Source: Acidobacteriota bacterium (GTDB taxonomy: Bacteria; Acidobacteriota; CAIWXX01). From it: DNA of 64,000 nucleotides. Every line of letters begins with the position of its first letter. Position 1 is the first letter of the stretch. The stretch covers positions 1 through 64,000 of the forward strand of contig JBFMAF010000032.1 of the NCBI GenBank assembly GCA_040755995.1. Reading direction: 5' to 3'. The translations under genes and the position numbers were made by a program. Under the pieces are notes generated by a model, which saw nothing but the letters and a program-made list of their open reading frames with translations, was not told the DNA's origin and made no database searches. Positions 58,816 through 64,000 of the stretch are shown here, piece after piece.

Positions 58816-60108
58816 TCAGCGCACGGCGCGGAGGCCCAGGGCGTAGAGATCGCAGTCGCCGCCGTTTCCGGAGAAGTAGACCATCCCGTTGGCGACCGCC
58901 ACCTGTGTGGAGTACTCGGCGTCGTATCCGAGAGAGAATGTGAAGAGCTTCTTCTTGTCCGATTCGCCGATGGCGTACATGTTGGTGTCGGACAGGAAGT
59001 AGATGACGCCGTTGGCGACAGACGGGCTGAAGATGGCGTCGTATCCCATGTAGCGCCACTTCTCGGCTCCGGTCTTGAGGTCGTAGGCGTAGAGATACGG
59101 GTTGGTGGGCACGTATATCCGCTTCAGGGTCGTGTTGCATGCAACTGCTCCGGTGACTGCGGATGAGGTGTACCTCTTGGACCAGACGATCTTGGGCGAA
59201 TTGATGTTGTATGCACAGAGTATGCTCTTCCCGCGGAACACGTCATCGCGGTCGTGGTAGGCGACGATCAACATGTCGTTGCACACGGTGCAGCCACCGA
59301 TGTCATACCACTCCTCGGGAGACGGCCGGTCGTAGTACATCTCGATCTTCCTGGTCTTTGAGTTGATCCTGCCGATCTTGTCGGCTTCCGAGTAGGAGAC
59401 GGGGACCACGGCTGTTGCGAAGACCCAGGCGCCCTTGAGCGCCACGTAGTTGCCTCGGAATGCGGCCTTGTCCTTCTCCTTGCTCATGTACCACAAGACC
59501 TTGCCGTTCTGCTTGCTCAGGGCGAAGAGCTTCCCGTCGCCGATGAACAGATTCTCGACAACGTAGATCGTCTTTCTCGCTTCATCGACCGTGGGCACGC
59601 AGTAGGCCGCGCCTTCGAAGCCAAGATCGAAGCCTACCGGTGCCTTCCATAGCTGCTTGCCGTCGGCGCTTCTCACGCCATAGAGACTCGTGGGGATCGT
59701 TCCCTCCATATAGGCGATCGTTCCGTCCGTACAGACGACCGGCTGCGGCGCCCAGCCCGAGTTGCCATCGCCGTGCTGCCACTGCAGATCTCCGGTCCGC
59801 GCGTCGTAGGCCCGGAGGCAGTCCCCGGCACTCGACGTGAACAGCGTATTCTGGTAGATCGCCGGCGATCTGAAGATCACGCTGAACCAGCCGTCGTCGC
59901 AGCCGATCCCCCATTTCTTCTCGAGATACCTCACGTTCTGCGCGTTGAGCGTCTTCTCCTGGCGATTGTACGAGGTGAACTGGTCGTCGTAGCCGAAATG
60001 GGGCCAGTCGGCGGCGACGGCGACCGAGGCCTCGATGAACCATGACGCGACCACGCAAGCCGCGAATAGGCCCCCAGGGCTCCAGTGTGTCAGCTTCTTG
60101 CGATCCAT
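58816..60108 (-). CDS. Secreted PQQ-like beta-propeller repeat protein
   Basis: DWPHFGYD, AYDARTGDLQW, YAYDLKTGAEKW, SPSVANGVIY; GGAGGAG RBS. Confidence 0.85.
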   Translation of the reverse strand: MDRKKLTHWSPGGLFAACVVASWFIEASVAVAADWPHFGYDDQFTSYNRQEKTLNAQNVRYLEKKWGIGCDDGWFSVIFRSPAIYQNTLFTSSAGDCLRAYDARTGDLQWQHGDGNSGWAPQPVVCTDGTIAYMEGTIPTSLYGVRSADGKQLWKAPVGFDLGFEGAAYCVPTVDEARKTIYVVENLFIGDGKLFALSKQNGKVLWYMSKEKDKAAFRGNYVALKGAWVFATAVVPVSYSEADKIGRINSKTRKIEMYYDRPSPEEWYDIGGCTVCNDMLIVAYHDRDDVFRGKSILCAYNINSPKIVWSKRYTSSAVTGAVACNTTLKRIYVPTNPYLYAYDLKTGAEKWRYMGYDAIFSPSVANGVIYFLSDTNMYAIGESDKKKLFTFSLGYDAEYSTQVAVANGMVYFSGNGGDCDLYALGLRAVR

Positions 60109-60361
60109 GATGACTCCTCCCTTCTCGCTTTTCCACCGACACATACTGCAAACACGATGCCATCCAGCGCCAGACGCGGATCCGGCTGAGAATCAAAGCG
60201 TCCCGGCGCGCGAGCGGGGCCCTGGCGCTGCCTCGGATGTCCTCGCCGCTATCCGCCGACCTCCACCCTTGCCGCTCGGTCCTGAAGCAGCACACGGGGG
60301 CGCCTCGCTTCAAGGCATATCGCGGAGGCCATGCGGGATGGCATACAGGGTATCGCGCCGC

Positions 60362-60892
60362 TCATCTGGCAGGCGGTCCCATCATCGCATCGAGGCGTCT
60401 TGCGCTCAGGAACAGTCGATAAGGGTGACCGGGCATCGATGCGAAATCCCACTTCTGATAGAAGGTCCTTGCCTCATCGTTGATGCAATCGAGGATCACC
60501 GCAACGAAGGCGAACGTCTTCCCGGCCTCATAGCAGCTCTGCAGGGCGCACGCGAGAAGGGTGCGACCTATGCCCCCGCCCTGATGGGCTGTGCTGACGC
60601 CGAGCCAGGCCAGGACCGCGACGGGCAACGCCCGGCGTGGGAGATGCTTCGTGATCTCGGATGTCAAATCCCCGAAGTCTACCTGGGCGGTCGCCAGGGT
60701 GTAGCAACCGGCGATGCCCCCGTCTCGGTCAACCAGGACCTCCGTCACTGACAATCGCTTTTCTTGGTGCTGCAGCGCTTTTGTGCGAAGCCAGTCATCC
60801 ACAGTGCCCTCACCGCACCGGAACGCACTGCGTGGGTGTTCGCGGCGCAGGCACTCGACCCGATACCCGTCCGGGAGCCGGATTGCGGTCAG
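60362..60892 (-). CDS. GNAT-family toxin (AtaT/TacT-like)
   Basis: R.AFRCGEGTVDDWL, LPVAVLAWLGV...QGGGIGRTLL, ARTFYQK; frame open to a CTG at 60892 overlapping the antitoxin stop. Confidence 0.85.
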   Translation of the reverse strand: MTAIRLPDGYRVECLRREHPRSAFRCGEGTVDDWLRTKALQHQEKRLSVTEVLVDRDGGIAGCYTLATAQVDFGDLTSEITKHLPRRALPVAVLAWLGVSTAHQGGGIGRTLLACALQSCYEAGKTFAFVAVILDCINDEARTFYQKWDFASMPGHPYRLFLSARRLDAMMGPPAR

Positions 60893-61197
60893 TCTTCACC
60901 TCGCATAATAGCGCCGAGCCGCCGCTGTGCCTCAGTCAGTCTGGGCGCCTCGCTCAGCGCGTTCCAGAACTCCAGTTGTTCTTCCGGTGTCAGGGCTATC
61001 GTTTGTTCATGGGATGCATGCAGTTCGCGTCGTGCCTGTGCCACCATCACCGTTCGCACGTAGTCACTGATGCTTATGTGCCTCAGCTGCGCCGCCTGGT
61101 ACAGGTAGCTCTTGCTCTGCGGATCCAGACGCACCATGAGCGACCTTGTGGCCGGTGCCGAGTTGCGCGACCGTCGTGCCGAACGAGATCTGAGCAT
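60889..61197 (-). CDS. DUF1778 ribbon-helix-helix antitoxin
   Basis: LMVRLDPQSK..L.QAA.LR.ISISDYVR, IALTPEEQLEFWNAL; GAGGA RBS. Confidence 0.88.
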   Translation of the reverse strand: MLRSRSARRSRNSAPATRSLMVRLDPQSKSYLYQAAQLRHISISDYVRTVMVAQARRELHASHEQTIALTPEEQLEFWNALSEAPRLTEAQRRLGAIMRGED

Positions 61198-61219
61198 GCT
61201 TAGTCCTCCATTCCCCGCA

Positions 61220-61242
61220 TTGTACTGCAGTTTGCAATACAA
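61220..61242 (-). promoter_or_regulatory. Toxin-antitoxin autoregulatory operator overlapping the -10 box
   Basis: TTGTACTGCA-GTT-TGCAATACAA inverted repeat (9/10); minus-strand TACAAT at 61219-61224. Confidence 0.65.
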
Positions 61243-61326
61243 ATCAATCTCGCTGGAGCTGCACAGATCGACGGCATGGTCGTCCGGTCTGCGAATGTGA
61301 ACGAGTCCCACTCAGTCGCACTGTTC

Positions 61327-63567
61327 CTACTTTACGTCCAGCGGCACCCAGTCGAAGACGCTGGTTCCGTTCATCTTGTCCGTTGCAGTCACCTTGAGCC
61401 AGCAGAGCCCGGCAGGGAGCTTCTCGGCGTGGATGTCGAACATGTACTCGATCTGCGAGTCGGAGATGCGATTGGGCTTCTCGAGGAGCTTGAACTGCGG
61501 CTGCCCGAGATACCTGCCGCCCTGATCGAAGATCTCCCACCGCAGCCCGATGTCGGGCTCCTTGGTGCCCGAGTCGAACGAGAAATTGTAGAGTCTGATC
61601 AGCAGCCCCCGGTCATCGCGGTCCTGGACGTTCGGGTAGATCTCTGCCGTGCACGGCTTGGCTCGATATGAGATCGGGTAGTAGCCGCCGAGTCCGGCAA
61701 CACGGGCCGGCGGCTTTTCGGTGTCGTAACCGAGCACGTTCAGCCACTCCGACTTGCCGCTGACGAAGAACGGTGTGGCCATGGCGAAGGTGGTCGACGC
61801 CTTCTGCGCGGCCGCTTTCACCGTGGTCGTGCCGATGTCGCCCGTGAGACCGTTTCGAACCAATACTCGTATCTCGTACTCTCCCGGAGGAAGCAGCATC
61901 ATGTCGCTGTAGCGCAGGCCGCCCTTCTGAATCCCGCCATTCGCCTCCGACGGTGGGATTCTGCAGAAACCGTGCGCGTACCCGTCGAATGTGCCTTTCG
62001 GGCCGACGGCGAACGCATACACTTCCAGCAGCAGCTCGCGCTTGGCCTTCTCGAACTGTCCCCCGGGGATCTGCAGCAGGACCGCAACGGGCACCTGGCC
62101 GCTCTGTTCCGGAAACACGGCCGCCTGGGCCCGGAGCTTCAGGTTGTCCATCGAAAGGTTATCGCTGACCACTTCTGCGATCTGAAGCTGCCTGTCTTCC
62201 TTGGAGAGTTTGCTGAATGGAATCGGATCGTGGTAGCCCGGCCGGTAGGAGATACTCAAGCCCCGTCGGGCGACCTCCACCTTGATCTTGTGGTACTTCT
62301 CCTGCTCGGACGCGGGCCGCACAGGCACGTTGTAGCCGAGGAGGTAGAATGAGCCCGTGGTGTCGAGTACGTCGGCCATCGCGGCATCGATATCGTTGGT
62401 GTTCTTGTATAGCTTCCCGCCCGTCTCGTCGGCGAATTCGAAAAGCGACGCCTGCCTTCGACCAACGGCCTGTGGATCGGCGGAGCTCTCATCAATCAGG
62501 TCGAGGTTGGCATCGCCGGCCAGTCCGGAGGTGTCGATCGGGAACACCTTACAGTCGGAGGACGCCAGGTATCGGGCGGCCTGATGCATCACATCGGAAA
62601 GGTCCCGCCTGACCTCGCGCTCCTCATTCACACCCGACGCTGCCATCCATTCGAAGTCCCCGTGGGCCGCCATCTCCGCCTGTTCCGCTGCCGTTTTCAG
62701 ATCCATGGCACCCAACACCTTAGTGTCGAATCCGTTGGAGAAGTAGATCAGGTACTTGCGGCCGGGGAAGAACTCGAGCGATCGCGCGAATGACCGCATC
62801 CCTTCCAGGTACGCGGAGACGGTGTTGGTATAGAACTCCGCGTCGTTGCGCTTGCCCATCGCATTCAATTGGCGCATCCACAGATTCGCTTCGTCCTGAT
62901 TCCCTCCCGCCCCATCCGATAGACGCGACAATCCCTCCACCATCACCCCGCCCTGGTGCGTCTGAAGCAACACCTGGTTGAAGTACCCACCGGCATCCGT
63001 CACAACGTCGAAACGGCGATCGATGCCCAGCGAGTCCAGAGCAGAGCGCAGCAGCTGCTTGTCCGAAGTGAAGTTGGCCACCAGGAAGATCCCCTTAAGG
63101 GAGGAGAACGCGAACACCGCGGCCCGGTCCTCAGGGTCCATTTTCGTATCGACGAATCGGTAGGCCGCTTGCCTCGCCCGTATGAGGCCCTGAGCCGAAT
63201 TGAACGTCACATCGAAGAAGAAGACGAAATTGCGCCGGATGAGTTGCTTCGGAAGCACGCTCTCGGCTCGCTTCCCCAGATCGATCGGTAAGAATATCTC
63301 GATCTTCTGTGCCTTCCCGTCTTCGTATACCGAAAACTCTTCCTGCGTGAGATCGAGCACCGGCTTGCCCGCGTCGTCCCGCGCGAACACCGGAACCTCG
63401 ACGATCGACACTCCGGCTTCTTCCTTGGGCTGTTGCGCGTGCGCGAACCCGGAACCGACACACAAGGCAACAGCGCAACTTGCGCCGGCTCCGCACAGCC
63501 GCAACTGCGCCAAGCGTGGCCTCCGATCCGCACGAACTCCAAGACCATCGACAATTCGCCAAACCAT
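61327..63567 (-). CDS. VWFA-related (Acidobacterial-type) VWA domain protein
   Basis: VEVPVFARDDAGKPVLDLTQEEFSVYEDGK, GRKYLIYFSNG, ADETGG, YLLGY, YRPGY; AGGAGG RBS. Confidence 0.85.
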   Translation of the reverse strand: MVWRIVDGLGVRADRRPRLAQLRLCGAGASCAVALCVGSGFAHAQQPKEEAGVSIVEVPVFARDDAGKPVLDLTQEEFSVYEDGKAQKIEIFLPIDLGKRAESVLPKQLIRRNFVFFFDVTFNSAQGLIRARQAAYRFVDTKMDPEDRAAVFAFSSLKGIFLVANFTSDKQLLRSALDSLGIDRRFDVVTDAGGYFNQVLLQTHQGGVMVEGLSRLSDGAGGNQDEANLWMRQLNAMGKRNDAEFYTNTVSAYLEGMRSFARSLEFFPGRKYLIYFSNGFDTKVLGAMDLKTAAEQAEMAAHGDFEWMAASGVNEEREVRRDLSDVMHQAARYLASSDCKVFPIDTSGLAGDANLDLIDESSADPQAVGRRQASLFEFADETGGKLYKNTNDIDAAMADVLDTTGSFYLLGYNVPVRPASEQEKYHKIKVEVARRGLSISYRPGYHDPIPFSKLSKEDRQLQIAEVVSDNLSMDNLKLRAQAAVFPEQSGQVPVAVLLQIPGGQFEKAKRELLLEVYAFAVGPKGTFDGYAHGFCRIPPSEANGGIQKGGLRYSDMMLLPPGEYEIRVLVRNGLTGDIGTTTVKAAAQKASTTFAMATPFFVSGKSEWLNVLGYDTEKPPARVAGLGGYYPISYRAKPCTAEIYPNVQDRDDRGLLIRLYNFSFDSGTKEPDIGLRWEIFDQGGRYLGQPQFKLLEKPNRISDSQIEYMFDIHAEKLPAGLCWLKVTATDKMNGTSVFDWVPLDVK

Positions 63568-63694
63568 TTTCAGCCACCTCCTCCTACGAGACCGTGACAC
63601 CTCCGGCGGTCGTCCACCGCCGACGGGTTGACTACTCTGCCCTTTATCATAGCACCCTCCCTCGGCCGGGGTGCGCACGAGGTGTGGCGGAGCC

Positions 63695-64000
63695 TCACCT
63701 CAGCTCGAGCGGCACCCAGTCGGATATGGCCCCTCCTTTCATCTTGTCCGTCGCCGTCACCTTGAGCCAGCAGAGCCCGGCAGGGAGCTTCTCGGCCCGG
63801 ATGTCGAACATGTACTCGATCTGCGAGTCGGAGATACGGTTGGGCTTCTCGAGCAGCTTGAACTGCGGCTGCCCGAGATACCTGCCGCCCTGATCGAAGA
63901 TCTCCCAACGCAGCCCGATGTCGGGTTCCTTGGTGCCCGAGTCGAACGAGAAATTGTATAGCCGGATCAGAAGCCCCCGGTCGCCGCGGTCCTGAATGTT
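63695..64000 (-). CDS. 3' end of a paralogous VWA domain protein (runs off the window)
   Basis: NIQDRGDRGLLIRLYNFSFDSGTKEPDIGLRWEI...DWVPLELR*, nearly identical to the C-terminus of 61327-63567. Confidence 0.85.
   Translation of the reverse strand, partial: NIQDRGDRGLLIRLYNFSFDSGTKEPDIGLRWEIFDQGGRYLGQPQFKLLEKPNRISDSQIEYMFDIRAEKLPAGLCWLKVTATDKMKGGAISDWVPLELR

Noticed and set aside
60362..61197. Functional link between the tRNA-targeting GNAT toxin and the Rtc repair operon
   Set aside because: About 11 kb of unrelated genes separate them, and acetylation does not create the cyclic-phosphate ends Rtc acts on

Overview
GC-rich bacterial chromosomal window with no prophage, IS transposase, rRNA or CRISPR array. 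The gene content (tandem VWFA-related proteins, DUF5916, a TPR-tailed Ser/Thr kinase, many outer-membrane beta-barrels) suggests a diderm Acidobacteriota-like organism; this is inference only. Main points: (1) a complete sigma54-dependent RNA-repair locus, with rtcR divergent from rsr(Ro60)-two Y RNAs-rtcA-rtcB; both RNAs and the -24/-12 promoter are readable in the DNA. (2) A secreted 1473-aa cytochrome c with 60 hand-counted CxxCH motifs, partly built from 225-bp tandem repeats, behind a CRP-type promoter and next to an internally deleted oxidoreductase gene. (3) A single-chain topoisomerase III-RecQ-HRDC fusion. (4) A dba-dsbI pair overlapping a two-gene group-3-like [NiFe]-hydrogenase that has no C-terminal extension. 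(5) A porin-pstS-ppx unit with a Pho-box-like repeat. (6) A DUF1778/GNAT toxin-antitoxin pair with an apparent CTG start. (7) A 61-bp palindromic element present twice, and several gene remnants. All product calls come from motif recognition by eye; no database searches were run.
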